A stretch of 64,000 nt of DNA from Salinispira sp. (GTDB lineage Bacteria > Spirochaetota > Spirochaetia > DSM-27196 > Salinispiraceae), in the NCBI GenBank assembly GCA_965602015.1, contig OZ271918.1, positions 864,001 to 928,000 on the forward strand, read 5' to 3'. Positions 19,160 to 29,260 of this stretch are shown in pieces. A program made the position numbers and the translations under genes. Position 1 is the stretch's first letter; each line of letters opens with the position of its first letter. The notes under the pieces were generated by a model. It saw only the letters and a program-made list of their open reading frames with translations. It searched no databases and had not been told where the DNA came from.

Positions 19160-21631
19160 GTGAACCAGGAAATAGAGGTAATCAGCAGGGAAGGGCAGAG
19201 GCGGATATTTGATTCAGCCCGGATTCAATCAGCGGTGTTCAAGGCATTCATCGCCACAAACCAGCTCGTAGGCAGTGATGCGGGGGACGGATCGGATGCA
19301 GGCTTGATTGCCGGTCTGGTGGAGCGTGAAATAATGCGGGAGCTGCCACATGGCGGGGAAGTAGGCGTTGAGCGCATCCAGGATATCGTTGAGCAGACCC
19401 TTGTTGAACAGGGCATGTACAAGCAGGCAAAGGCGTACATGCTGTACCGATCCCGCCACGGTGAATTGCGCAACTTCACCGCGAGCATGCTTGATATTGA
19501 ACGGACCATGGACGGATACCTTGGTCAGTCTGACTGGAGGGTCAATGAGAATGCCAATGTCAATTACAGTCTAGGCGGCCTCATACTCCACAATTCCGGA
19601 GCCATTACGGCGAACTACTGGCTGAACCGGATATATACCCGAGAAATTGCAAAAGCTCACCGGACGGCGGCCATGCATATTCACGACCTTTCGATGTTCT
19701 CGGGCTACTGCGCCGGGTGGTCTCTCCGACAGCTAATCACAGAGGGTTTGGGCGGGGTGACGGGCAAAATTGCCTCTTCACCGGCGAAACACCTGAATAC
19801 ACTGGTACAGCAAATGGTGAACTTCCTGGGAATAATGCAGAACGAATGGGCAGGAGCCCAGGCCTTTTCCAGTTTTGATACCTATTTAGCCCCATTCGTC
19901 CGGGAGGACCGCCTTGATTCCTCCGGGGTAAAACAGGCCCTGCAGAGCTTCATTTACGGGGTTAATACTCCTAGCCGTTGGGGGAGTCAAGCGCCGTTTA
20001 CCAATATCACCCTGGACTGGGTGGTCCCCGCTGACATGGCCGGGAAGCCTGCGGTGGTCGGCGGTCTGGAAATGAGCTACTGCTACGGCGAGCTTCAGCA
20101 TGAAATGGACATGATAAACAAAGCCTTCCTCGAGTTGATGATCGAAGGCGACGCCTCAGGCCGGGGTTTCCAGTACCCAATTCCCACGTACAATATTACC
20201 GATCGCTTCGTGTGGAATAGCCCCAACGCCGCCCTGTTATTCGAAATGACCGGCAAGTACGGTACGCCCTACTTCCAGAATTTTGTCAATTCAGACCTGG
20301 ACCCCTCGGATGTGCGCTCCATGTGCTGCCGCCTCCAGCTGGACAAACGTGAGCTTCGCAAACGGGGAGGGGGGCTGTTCGGCAGCGACGAGTTTACCGG
20401 CTCCATCGGGGTGGTGACCATTAATTTGCCGCAAATTGCCTATATCGCCGATAACCGGAATGCCTTTTTCCAACGACTCGACGAGTTGATGGATCTGGCA
20501 AGCGAAAGCCTTGAGACCAAACGCGAGGTGGTGACCCGTCTCATGGATCAGGGGCTGTTTCCGTACACAAAACGATATTTACGGCATTTAGATAACCATT
20601 TTGCTACCATAGGCATTGTGGGCATGAACGAGGCCATGGAAAACTTCCTCGGCTGCGATCTTCAGGAAGACGAAGCCCGGAGATTCGCCATTGATATCCT
20701 TGATCATATGCGCGGCCGGCTCGCGGAGTACCAGGAAAAAACCGGTAGCCTGTATAATTTGGAAGCAAGCCCGGCCGAAGGAACCAGCTACCGTCTCGCC
20801 CTCCACGATCTGAAGAACTATCCCGGGATCATCACCGCGGGCACACCAGACGAACCCTATTACACAAACTCAAGCCAATTGCCGGTCGATGCCACCCGGG
20901 ATATTTTTGACGCCCTTGATATGCAGGACGAACTTCAGACCCTCTACACCGGTGGGACGGTTTTCCATGCATTTCTGGGAGAGAGCATTAAGGATTGGCG
21001 CTCATGCGCAGAACTTGTGAAGGTCATCGCCGGCAATTATCGCCTGCCGTATTTCACCATCTCGCCGACCTTCTCCATTTGCGCCATCCACGGTTACCTT
21101 GAAGGAGAGCAGTCCGAGTGTCCGGTCTGCGGCCGGAGTACTGAGGTGTACAGCCGAATCGTCGGCTATTATCGCGCCCTGAACAACTGGAATCGCGGCA
21201 AGCGTCGGGAATATAATGAACGTAAAACCTATATACCCTCAGGACATAAAAACGCATCACTTGATGCTGCGGAAGTCGATCCGGCATCGGGAACGGGACA
21301 GGCGGCGAAAGAAAGCCTTGCCGATCGCAAACCCTTAGTAAATCGCTCGGTCGAGATCACCTTGTTCTATACCGATCGCTGCCCGCAATGCCCCGGTGCG
21401 AAAAAGCTTCTTGATGAAACGGGCCTGGAATACCGGGCCTACAATGCCGCAGGTCCTGAAGGTGCGGTTTTGGCCGGTCAGGCGGGCATTTGTTCGGTAC
21501 CGACTGTTATTGTTTCCGATCCCGGCGAGGGTGAATTGTGGCGCAGCAGCGATGTCCAGATTATTGCTCAAAATATCAGGGTACTCGTAGCTGCCTTGGG
21601 CGCGGGCCGCAGCGCTGCAGCAGATGCCTAA
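19160..21631 (+). CDS. nrdD: Anaerobic class III ribonucleotide reductase with ATP-cone and C-terminal glutaredoxin-like domain
   Basis: 'HIHDL', 'SMCCRL', 'YNLEASPAEG', Zn site 'CAIH...CPVC', glycyl loop 'YSRIVGYY', then 'FYTDRCPQC...SVPT'. Confidence 0.95.
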   Translation: MNQEIEVISREGQRRIFDSARIQSAVFKAFIATNQLVGSDAGDGSDAGLIAGLVEREIMRELPHGGEVGVERIQDIVEQTLVEQGMYKQAKAYMLYRSRHGELRNFTASMLDIERTMDGYLGQSDWRVNENANVNYSLGGLILHNSGAITANYWLNRIYTREIAKAHRTAAMHIHDLSMFSGYCAGWSLRQLITEGLGGVTGKIASSPAKHLNTLVQQMVNFLGIMQNEWAGAQAFSSFDTYLAPFVREDRLDSSGVKQALQSFIYGVNTPSRWGSQAPFTNITLDWVVPADMAGKPAVVGGLEMSYCYGELQHEMDMINKAFLELMIEGDASGRGFQYPIPTYNITDRFVWNSPNAALLFEMTGKYGTPYFQNFVNSDLDPSDVRSMCCRLQLDKRELRKRGGGLFGSDEFTGSIGVVTINLPQIAYIADNRNAFFQRLDELMDLASESLETKREVVTRLMDQGLFPYTKRYLRHLDNHFATIGIVGMNEAMENFLGCDLQEDEARRFAIDILDHMRGRLAEYQEKTGSLYNLEASPAEGTSYRLALHDLKNYPGIITAGTPDEPYYTNSSQLPVDATRDIFDALDMQDELQTLYTGGTVFHAFLGESIKDWRSCAELVKVIAGNYRLPYFTISPTFSICAIHGYLEGEQSECPVCGRSTEVYSRIVGYYRALNNWNRGKRREYNERKTYIPSGHKNASLDAAEVDPASGTGQAAKESLADRKPLVNRSVEITLFYTDRCPQCPGAKKLLDETGLEYRAYNAAGPEGAVLAGQAGICSVPTVIVSDPGEGELWRSSDVQIIAQNIRVLVAALGAGRSAAADA

Positions 21632-22271
21632 TGCACCAGCCAGGCGGGATTCGTACACCGGTACTTCCGGCTTATCCCGCCTGGGCTTTATGAAAACCAG
21701 CCTTACTGACTATCCCGGGCATCCGGCATCGGTGGTCTTCACTGCCGGATGCCCCCTTGTCTGTCCTTACTGCCACAACAGCAGTCTCATTTCAGGAGAA
21801 CATCCCGCTGATTTCCTTCCTCGCCGGGATGTCATCGATCTGTTGTCCCGAAGAGGGCATCTGATAGACCATGTGGTAGTTACCGGCGGCGAACCGCTTT
21901 TTCACCATGATCTGCCCAGGCTTTTTGATGAACTGGCGGACATAGGAATGGTCATAAAGCTGGATACCTGCGGGATGTATCCATCCCGGCTGAAAGATCT
22001 CCTGAACCATCCGGCCCTGTCTTTTGTCGCCATGGATATAAAAACTGCGCCGTCTCACTATACTCGGGTCGGCGGGGGAAGCCGTTCTCCCGCCCTACTT
22101 GAGGGCTCCTTACACCTGCTTCGGAACTGGGCCGAGCCCGAAAGCCGGGACTACGAACTGCGAACCGTAATGGCACCGGAAGTTGTGAGCGTAGAGGATG
22201 TGGGCGTTATCGAATCGATGCTGCTCCCCGGCGAGATCTGGCGTCAAAATCCCCTTAAACAGTATCACTGA
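21624..22271 (+). CDS. nrdG: Class III RNR activating radical-SAM enzyme
   Basis: 'SLTDYPG', 'GCPLVCPYCHN', 'VTGGEP'; overlaps the nrdD stop. Confidence 0.93.
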   Translation: MPNAPARRDSYTGTSGLSRLGFMKTSLTDYPGHPASVVFTAGCPLVCPYCHNSSLISGEHPADFLPRRDVIDLLSRRGHLIDHVVVTGGEPLFHHDLPRLFDELADIGMVIKLDTCGMYPSRLKDLLNHPALSFVAMDIKTAPSHYTRVGGGSRSPALLEGSLHLLRNWAEPESRDYELRTVMAPEVVSVEDVGVIESMLLPGEIWRQNPLKQYH

Positions 22272-22314
22272 TAGCCTCGGGCACAGATTACTAGTTCAAT
22301 TATGAAACAAAGTA

Positions 22315-22343
22315 TTGACTGTGGTACTTAGTACCAGTAAATT
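22315..22343 (+). promoter_or_regulatory. Sigma70-type promoter with a 7-1-7 palindromic operator (candidate Zur box)
   Basis: TTGACT-N17-TAAATT; the spacer contains the perfect TGGTACT-T-AGTACCA (22322-22336). Confidence 0.65.
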
Positions 22344-22349
22344 GGCCCC

Positions 22350-23477
22350 ATGAAAACAGCGACCAAACTGCCGGTTACCGTCCTTTCGGGTTTTCTCGGA
22401 GCCGGCAAAACCACCCTTTTGAATCATATTCTCAACAATCGCGACGGCATGAAAGTCGCGGTTATCGTCAATGACATGTCCGATGTGAACATCGATGCCG
22501 CCCTCATCCGAGACGGCGGCGCCCAGCTCAGCCGGACCGATGAGCAGCTTGTGGAGATGTCCAACGGGTGCATATGCTGTACCCTGCGCGATGATTTACT
22601 CAAGGAAGTCAACAGCCTGGCCAAGGCCGGGAAGTTCGATTATCTGCTTATTGAGAGTTCGGGAATTAGCGAACCGGTGCCCGTTGCCCAGACCTTCGAG
22701 CTGGGAGAGTATGAGGGGTCGGCCCTTGAAGATGTTACGGCCCTGGATACCATGGTCACCGTCGTCGATGCCTCAACATGTCGCGAGATGCTCATGTCCA
22801 CCACAAGCCTTGCGGATAAAAACATGGCGGTAAGCGATGAGGATGAGCGAAGCCTATCCATGCTGTTGACCGACCAGATTGAGTTCGCCAACGTAATCCT
22901 TGTCAGTAAAACCGACCTGGTTGAGCCCGAAGAACTGGCCCGGCTTACGGCGCTTTTGGGGAAGATGAACCCCACTGCCAAAATAGTCCCCATGCTCAAC
23001 GGCCAGATTGATCCCTTCCTCATCATGAATACCGGCTTGTATACCCGGGAGTGGGGCGAATCCCTTGACGCCTGGGAGGAAGAGCTTCAAAACGAGCACG
23101 TCCCGGAAACCGAGGAGTACGGCATCTCAAGCTGGGCATTTCGTCAGCGCCGTCCCTTCGACCGCAAAAAGTTTCAGAAAGTAATCGCCGAGGGGACCCA
23201 AGGGCTCGTTCGGGCAAAAGGCTATTTCTGGTTCGAAGACGAACCTGAGTCCGCCTATTTCCTGAGTATCTCGGGAAAAAAGGGCTTTTTCGAGGCCGCG
23301 GGTTTTTGGTGGTCAGCGGTAGACCGGGCGCAGTGGCCTGCAGATGAAGAACACCGGAAGCAGATTCTCGAATCATTCGAAGAACCCTGGGGAGACAAAC
23401 GTCAGGAGCTGGTGTTTATCGGTCAGGATGTCGACTTTGACAATTTGAACAAGCGCCTCACGGATGCGCTGGTATAG
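22350..23477 (+). CDS. COG0523 (CobW/ZigA/YciC) metallochaperone GTPase
   Basis: 'GFLGAGKTT', 'NGCICC', 'IESSG', 'SKTD', CobW_C tail 'QELVFIG'. Confidence 0.95.
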   Translation: MKTATKLPVTVLSGFLGAGKTTLLNHILNNRDGMKVAVIVNDMSDVNIDAALIRDGGAQLSRTDEQLVEMSNGCICCTLRDDLLKEVNSLAKAGKFDYLLIESSGISEPVPVAQTFELGEYEGSALEDVTALDTMVTVVDASTCREMLMSTTSLADKNMAVSDEDERSLSMLLTDQIEFANVILVSKTDLVEPEELARLTALLGKMNPTAKIVPMLNGQIDPFLIMNTGLYTREWGESLDAWEEELQNEHVPETEEYGISSWAFRQRRPFDRKKFQKVIAEGTQGLVRAKGYFWFEDEPESAYFLSISGKKGFFEAAGFWWSAVDRAQWPADEEHRKQILESFEEPWGDKRQELVFIGQDVDFDNLNKRLTDALV

Positions 23478-23500
23478 GCCGGCCGTCGGCTTGAAGGGGG

Positions 23501-23989
23501 ATGACAGCGGATTCCGCCGCTGCTACAGTTGTTACCATGGAATGGGAAAACGCCTACCAACAGTGCATTCGAAGAATTCTCGACCGTGGGGAAAGAATCA
23601 CTCCGGCCCGCGATCAGATTCTCCGGATTATCTGCAAATCCGGGCATCATCTCACCAGTCGTGAAATACTCAGCGAGATTGAATCGTCAGGGGGAAGCGC
23701 ATCCCGCACTTCCGTTTTTCGCACTCTGGATCTCCTCACCCGGATGTCCATTCTGAGGCCCACCTATGTGGAATCCCAGACCCCCAGCTACGTGCTGATG
23801 TCGGCGGACGGGCATCACGGGCACATCATCTGTCCCGAGTGCCAATCGGTTTTGGAGATCGAAGAGTGCGAGCTTCACGATGTGCTGCCCGTGTTGGAGA
23901 AACGCTATGGGCGGAAGTTTATCGGCCATCTCTTGGAATGCTACGCCCTGTGCGATACCTGCGCGGAGCACAGCGGCTCTAATACATGA
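23501..23989 (+). CDS. zur: Fur-family regulator, probably Zur
   Basis: 'RITPAR', 'SVFRTLDLL', 'HHGHIICPEC...CDTC'; sits in a zinc-uptake locus. Alternative start at 23537. Confidence 0.8.
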   Translation: MTADSAAATVVTMEWENAYQQCIRRILDRGERITPARDQILRIICKSGHHLTSREILSEIESSGGSASRTSVFRTLDLLTRMSILRPTYVESQTPSYVLMSADGHHGHIICPECQSVLEIEECELHDVLPVLEKRYGRKFIGHLLECYALCDTCAEHSGSNT

Positions 23990-24033
23990 TTCCGACTTCC
24001 AGGCAGTATGGGATCGGTATCATCACACAGAAA

Positions 24034-24072
24034 AGGTATTACGTTGACATACCTATTTCAAGCAGCTATATT
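24034..24072 (+). promoter_or_regulatory. Sigma70-type promoter with an inverted repeat over the -35
   Basis: TTGACA(24044)-N17-TATATT(24067); AGGTAT-N9-ATACCT at 24034-24054. Confidence 0.6.
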
Positions 24073-24102
24073 TTGAGCCAATACCAAGTCGGGAGATGCA
24101 AT

Positions 24103-24375
24103 ATGGCTTCATCGGGACGCAAAAAGGAAGAGGTCATCACCTTTAAAGTGGACGAACATCTTGCTCATGCCCTGAGCGGATTGCACAACAAGTCGGATTT
24201 TATCAGAAAAGCCGTTCTGGATGCCCTGGGGAATGTCTGCCCCGTGTGCAACGGGAGTGGTTCTCTGACGGTGTCGCAAATGAGCCACTGGCGGGATTTT
24301 AGCTCACATCATCATGTGGAGTCCTGTACAGACTGCAACGAATTCCATCTTGTGTGCGACCACGAATCAACATAA
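24103..24375 (+). CDS. CopG/ribbon-helix-helix regulator with a Cys/His metal-binding tail
   Basis: 'VITFKVD...NKSDFIRKAV' RHH pattern; CPVC, HHH, CTDC, HLVC; GGGAG RBS. Confidence 0.8.
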   Translation: MASSGRKKEEVITFKVDEHLAHALSGLHNKSDFIRKAVLDALGNVCPVCNGSGSLTVSQMSHWRDFSSHHHVESCTDCNEFHLVCDHEST

Positions 24376-24417
24376 TAGCAATACAGCCAGTTGAGGCTGA
24401 ACATTAAGGAGATACAT

Positions 24418-25686
24418 ATGAAAACAAGGACGTCTGTGCGGGGCATTGCCCTCCTGGTTCTGTTCTTTATGGTTTTTTTCTACAGCCCGCTCTTCGCCGC
24501 CGGCGGAGCGGAAAGCACGGAAGAAGCGACCGAAGAGCACCATGACGACGATCACAACGACGAAGACCATGACCACGATGATCACGATCATGATGACCAC
24601 GATCATGACGACCACGACCATGATGACGATCATGATGATCACGATCATGACGACCACGACCATGCTGGCGAAATGGTCATTCCGGATATCGAGCCCGCCA
24701 GTCTCTCCGGCGGAAGCCCCCTCCGGGTAGTGGCAACCACAAGCATTGTCGGCGACGTTGTTCGCCAAATTGCCGGCGACAGCGCACGAGTCGATGTTTT
24801 GATGCCACGGGGGCAAAACCCCCATTCGTACGAGCCCACTCCCCGGGCCATGGCGAGCGTCGAAGAGTCGTACATCGTCTTTGTAAACGGCCTGAATCTC
24901 GAGGAAGTTCTTCTGGAAACCATCGAGAACATTGCCGGCACCTATGTTGTTCCGGTTTCAGCGGGAATCGCTGTGTTGGAAGGCGGTGAGCACGACCATG
25001 GCGATGAAGATCACCAAGATGAAGATGATCATCATGATGAAGACCATCACGACGAAGATGATCATCACGATGAGGACCATCACGAAGAAGATCATCATGA
25101 CGACCATGATCACGATCACGATCACGATCACGATCATGCAGGCGGCGATCCCCACTTCTGGTTTGATCCCACCAATGTGATCATCTGGGCGGAAAACATC
25201 GCCGATGCCTTGATTAGCGCTGATCCTGCCAATGCCGCCGCCTATGAAGCAAACCGGGACGCCTATATTGCCGAGCTTGAGGCCCTGGACCTGGAGGTGC
25301 GCAATCTCGTGGCATCCATTCCCCGGGCACAGCGTAAACTGGTGGTGGACCACGTGGCTTTGAACTACTATGCTGAAGAATACGGATTCGAGGTAATCGG
25401 CGAGGTCATCCCGTCAGTTTCTGATCAGGCCGAACCCTCGGCCAGGGACATCGCCCAGCTGGCTGAAGAAATTCGGGAAGAAGGCGTCCGCGCCATCTTT
25501 ATCGGCGGAACCGCAGGCCGCGGTCTGCAAAATCTTGTGCGTGCCGTGGCTGAAGAAGTGGGCGAAGACGTTCAGATCGTCTCGATTCTCACCGGGTCTT
25601 TGGCATCAGAGGGCAGCCGGGGGGACAGCTACATCGATTTCGTACGCTACAATACGGAGCAGATTGTTTCCGGGCTCCGACAGTAA
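24418..25686 (+). CDS. znuA: Zinc ABC substrate-binding protein with two His/Asp-rich tracts
   Basis: 'NPHSYEP', 'DPHFW', 'DH' ligands; AAGGAG RBS before ATG 24418. Confidence 0.92.
   Translation: MKTRTSVRGIALLVLFFMVFFYSPLFAAGGAESTEEATEEHHDDDHNDEDHDHDDHDHDDHDHDDHDHDDDHDDHDHDDHDHAGEMVIPDIEPASLSGGSPLRVVATTSIVGDVVRQIAGDSARVDVLMPRGQNPHSYEPTPRAMASVEESYIVFVNGLNLEEVLLETIENIAGTYVVPVSAGIAVLEGGEHDHGDEDHQDEDDHHDEDHHDEDDHHDEDHHEEDHHDDHDHDHDHDHDHAGGDPHFWFDPTNVIIWAENIADALISADPANAAAYEANRDAYIAELEALDLEVRNLVASIPRAQRKLVVDHVALNYYAEEYGFEVIGEVIPSVSDQAEPSARDIAQLAEEIREEGVRAIFIGGTAGRGLQNLVRAVAEEVGEDVQIVSILTGSLASEGSRGDSYIDFVRYNTEQIVSGLRQ
24538..24663 (+). repeat. CAY/GAY codon microsatellite encoding the first His/Asp tract of ZnuA (second tract at 24991-25137)
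   Basis: Runs of GATCAC/GACCAT-type units, in frame. Confidence 0.85.
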
Positions 25687-25700
25687 GGCGGTTTTATTCC

Positions 25701-26507
25701 GTGAAGTTTTTACAGCGCTTGAACTACGGTTCATGCAGAGGCAGCGAGTGCGACACCCCGGCGGTGCCGCACTCGTCTGCTTTAAACATCTCCGATCTCC
25801 GATTCCGCTATCCCCGCTCGGAAAAGCCGGTGCTGGACGGGGTCTCGCTATCGGTTGAACCAGGCGAGAGGGTTGCCATGGTCGGGCCCAATGGCGCCGG
25901 CAAATCCACCCTGCTGCATCTCATTATCGGTATGGCAGAAGGCCATAGCGGTACAATAGACGTGTACGGCAACCCGGCTCACACCTGCCGTCACCGGGTG
26001 GCCATCGTTCCCCAGCGTTCGGAGGTGGACTGGCGCTTTCCGGTCACCGTGCGCCAGGTCGTCATGATGGGACGCTTTGTGCACCTGGGCTGGTTCAAAA
26101 GACCTCGCCGCGAGGATCACGATCGTGTCCGGGAGGCTCTGGCCACCATGGGAATCGAATCCCTGAGCGATCGGCAGGTCGGAGAACTTTCGGGGGGCCA
26201 GCAGCAGAGAGTCATGCTCGCCCGCACACTGGCCCATGACGCGGATCTTCTGCTGATGGACGAGCCGCTAAATCATGTGGACATCGCCACGCAGGAATTG
26301 ATTTTCCACACGCTGGAGCGTCTGACCGCAGCCGGGAAGACGGTAATCGTCAGCACCCATGACCTGGGAGTCCTGACGGTCCACTTTAACCGGGCGGTTT
26401 TCCTCGACCGAAAGGTCATTGCCGACGGAAAAGTCGAGGATGTTCTTACTCCGGAAACTGTGGCCCAGGCTTACGGTTTCGAATTCCACAAGGACTATGT
26501 ACAGTGA
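25701..26507 (+). CDS. znuC: Zinc ABC ATP-binding protein
   Basis: 'GPNGAGKST', 'VDWRFP', 'LSGGQQQR', 'LMDEP'. Confidence 0.93.
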   Translation: MKFLQRLNYGSCRGSECDTPAVPHSSALNISDLRFRYPRSEKPVLDGVSLSVEPGERVAMVGPNGAGKSTLLHLIIGMAEGHSGTIDVYGNPAHTCRHRVAIVPQRSEVDWRFPVTVRQVVMMGRFVHLGWFKRPRREDHDRVREALATMGIESLSDRQVGELSGGQQQRVMLARTLAHDADLLLMDEPLNHVDIATQELIFHTLERLTAAGKTVIVSTHDLGVLTVHFNRAVFLDRKVIADGKVEDVLTPETVAQAYGFEFHKDYVQ

Positions 26508-27373
26508 TCGAATTTATCCTTGAGCCCCTGTCGTATTCATTTATTGTCCGGGGTTTCGCTGCGGGACTTCTGGCCGCTCTGGCCTGTTCAATCCTCAGCG
26601 CTTTTGTAGTCTGGAGGGGCATGGCCTTCGTCGGCGATGCAATGGCCCATGCGATTCTTCCGGGAATCGTCGTGGCCTATATTTTCGGTTTCAGTTTGTT
26701 TTTTGGCGCTTTGGGTGCCGCTGTTCTCGCAGTGCTGGGGATAGGGCTTATATCCGGCAGGGGCAGCCTGAAGGAAGATACGGCCATAGGCATAGTATTC
26801 TCGGGGTTCTTTGCCCTTGGAGTTCTGCTGTTGAGTAGCGTGACCAGCTATCAGGACCTGGGGCATATTCTGTTCGGCAACATTCTCGGAGTCGCCACCG
26901 GCGATCTGTACTGGATGTCCGGTGTTGTTCTGCTGACCCTGACAGCCCTGGCGCTTTCTTACAAGGAGATTCTCGTTGCCTCCTTTGACCCGGCCCACTC
27001 GGTAGCCATTGGGCTATCGCCGTCATTAATCCGCTACATCCTTCTCCTGCTTCTGGCAATGACGACGGTTGTCGCCATTCAGACTGTCGGGGTAATCCTG
27101 GTTCTATCGCTGTTGGTAACCCCGGCCGCCGCCGCATCAATGCTTTCAAAACGCCTAAAAACCATAGTGCTGCTTTCGGTGCTTTTTGCCCTTTCGGCGA
27201 CGGTAATCGGGTTTTATCTGTCATATTATGCGGATCTGGCTTCAGGCCCGGCCATAGTTCTGCTTTTAACATTGTATTTTATCATCGCCTTTGCCTGGTC
27301 GAGGATCCGGGATCGGCTGCGTCAGTCCGGAAGAGAAACACATACTGAAAGTCCGGGTGAAATGGCGGGGTGA
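26504..27373 (+). CDS. znuB: Zinc ABC permease (ABC-3)
   Basis: 'GDAMAHAILPG', 'EDTAIGI', 'LFGNILG', 'SFDP'. Confidence 0.93.
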   Translation: MIEFILEPLSYSFIVRGFAAGLLAALACSILSAFVVWRGMAFVGDAMAHAILPGIVVAYIFGFSLFFGALGAAVLAVLGIGLISGRGSLKEDTAIGIVFSGFFALGVLLLSSVTSYQDLGHILFGNILGVATGDLYWMSGVVLLTLTALALSYKEILVASFDPAHSVAIGLSPSLIRYILLLLLAMTTVVAIQTVGVILVLSLLVTPAAAASMLSKRLKTIVLLSVLFALSATVIGFYLSYYADLASGPAIVLLLTLYFIIAFAWSRIRDRLRQSGRETHTESPGEMAG

Positions 27374-27377
27374 CAAC

Positions 27378-27415
27378 TAATACTACCAGATGTGGACGGT
27401 TCCGCCGGAATCGGC
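27378..27415. repeat. 38-bp direct repeat, copy A
   Basis: TAATACTACCAGATGTGGACGGTTCCGCCGGAATCGGC; 36/38 identical to 29410-29447. Confidence 0.9.
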
Positions 27416-27433
27416 AGGCGTAACTGCCGATTC
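27408..27433. terminator. Hairpin between the convergent znuB and MCP genes
   Basis: GAATCGGCAG-GCGTAA-CTGCCGATTC, a perfect 10-bp stem. Confidence 0.6.
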
Positions 27434-27442
27434 GACAAAATT

Positions 27443-29260
27443 CTAGGTCTTGAACTGCCCGAAGCGATCCTGTAGTTCAACGACAATACTGCTCAGCTCC
27501 TGAGAACGGGCAAGCAGACCTTTCATTGCGGAAACGATTTCTTCAGCGCCTTTTGAGGATTCCGTCATTCCGCTGCTGACCCGCTCCGAAACCTGGCTGA
27601 TCACTGCCGAGTTATCCATCATCAGTTTCGTGCCGTTTTTGATTTCATTCGAGCCGTTCCTGATCGTCACCGTGACCTCGCTAATTTCGTTTGTGGAATC
27701 GAGGATTTGGCGCCCCCCGGTATTAAGTTCGGTAACTGCCTGCTCAATTTCTGCAAAAGCATTAATTGTATCCTCCACCTCGCTGGAGATTCGTTCAAAT
27801 GCGCTGGTTGTTTGAATGACATTTTGGTCAGTTTCCAGGACTGAATTGGTAATGTCGCTTATAGTCTGTGAAATGCTTTGTGATGATCTCCCTGCGGAAT
27901 CCGCCAGTTTGCGGATTTCCTCAGCAACTACGGCAAACCCTCTTCCCGAGTCTCCCGCATGCGCGGCTTCGATGGCCGCATTCATCGACAGCAGGTTAGT
28001 CTGAGAGGCTATATCGTTGATTGTCGATGCCATTTCCTGAATTCGCCGGATGTGATCTACCACTGATTTGAATGTACCGCTCGTTTGCTGGATTAATGCC
28101 TTACCTTCATCGGCGACTCTGCTCAGGGCTTTTGTGGTTTCCCGCTTATTTTGAGCAACTTCAGTAACGCTGTTGAGGGAGGCTATCATCTCGGTGATTG
28201 CGGCAGTGGATTCTTCCACCATTGCCGATTGATTTATTATTTGCTCATCTACTGAAGTCATATTTGCCGTGACTTCCTCGATAGCGCTCACGGTTTCGCT
28301 GATGCTGCCGTCCAAAACATCCATCTGATCTCTGATAGAACCCAGATTAGCGCTTATCTGATCAATGGCCGATGATGTTTCTTCAGTGGACTCCCCAATG
28401 CTTATTCTGATCATATCGGTGCGTCCGATAATTTTTTTTAATTCCTCCATTAGGACCCTGAGGGTCGAAACGAAGCTGTTGAAGGATTCCGCGACTTGAC
28501 CAGTTTCATCGCGGCTGATTACTTCGAGCTTCTTGGTGAGATCCGCATCACCTGAGGCGATCTCTTTTAAGGATCCGGCAATTCTGCTGATGGGCAAGCT
28601 GATCCGTTTGCTCACGAAATACACGATTAGGGAAACAGCGACAAGAATTCCCACTGCGACGACGAGTTGGATAACAGTATTTTGGATTATTGAATCATCA
28701 ATTAAGGCAAAGATTTCAGCTTCCGGTATACCAATAAACAGTATGCCGATAACCTCGCCGCGGTTAGAGAGTATGGGATCGTAGGCGGTCAGGTAGGGTA
28801 TTCCCAGAATCATGGCTTCACCGATGAAGGTCTGCCCATCAATCACCGTCGGGTATGCTGCAGAGTCCTCGCCAAGGTAGGTTCCGACCGCTCGGGAGTC
28901 ATCTTCGAGCCGTATGTTGGTAGTTAAACGAATAAAATCATTGCCCTCCCGCCCGAAAACTGTGGCTGCAATCCGGTAGTCCTCGAGAATGCCGTCTACA
29001 AAGCGATGGTTATTTCCTATCTTGCTGCCATTGGAGTCATACAGTCCGTCCCGTTGCAGTTCTACCTGGCCAAATTCTTGAGAGAATCTCGCCCTGGCGG
29101 AGACGAGGTCCGATTCGAGCATCCAGCTTAAGGTTGAATCAGTGACATCGTGTCCGACGCCGTTCATTCCAATAATTGCCAAAGTTACCAGCGCCGCGGT
29201 GACGCTTGCCAATCCGATGAACAGTAAGAGAGTAATTTTTGCCTGGATACCGATTTTCAT
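27443..29260 (-). CDS. Methyl-accepting chemotaxis protein (Cache sensor)
   Basis: TM, Cache ('RAVGT', 'YLTAYDPI'), TM, HAMP, '[35 protein letters not shown]'. Confidence 0.95.
   Translation of the reverse strand: MKIGIQAKITLLLFIGLASVTAALVTLAIIGMNGVGHDVTDSTLSWMLESDLVSARARFSQEFGQVELQRDGLYDSNGSKIGNNHRFVDGILEDYRIAATVFGREGNDFIRLTTNIRLEDDSRAVGTYLGEDSAAYPTVIDGQTFIGEAMILGIPYLTAYDPILSNRGEVIGILFIGIPEAEIFALIDDSIIQNTVIQLVVAVGILVAVSLIVYFVSKRISLPISRIAGSLKEIASGDADLTKKLEVISRDETGQVAESFNSFVSTLRVLMEELKKIIGRTDMIRISIGESTEETSSAIDQISANLGSIRDQMDVLDGSISETVSAIEEVTANMTSVDEQIINQSAMVEESTAAITEMIASLNSVTEVAQNKRETTKALSRVADEGKALIQQTSGTFKSVVDHIRRIQEMASTINDIASQTNLLSMNAAIEAAHAGDSGRGFAVVAEEIRKLADSAGRSSQSISQTISDITNSVLETDQNVIQTTSAFERISSEVEDTINAFAEIEQAVTELNTGGRQILDSTNEISEVTVTIRNGSNEIKNGTKLMMDNSAVISQVSERVSSGMTESSKGAEEIVSAMKGLLARSQELSSIVVELQDRFGQFKT

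Noticed and set aside
24367..25353. Met/Val/Ile-rich ORFs (24367-24825, 24958-25353) and Thr/Met-rich ORFs
   Set aside because: Alternative frames of the ZnuA His/Asp repeats.
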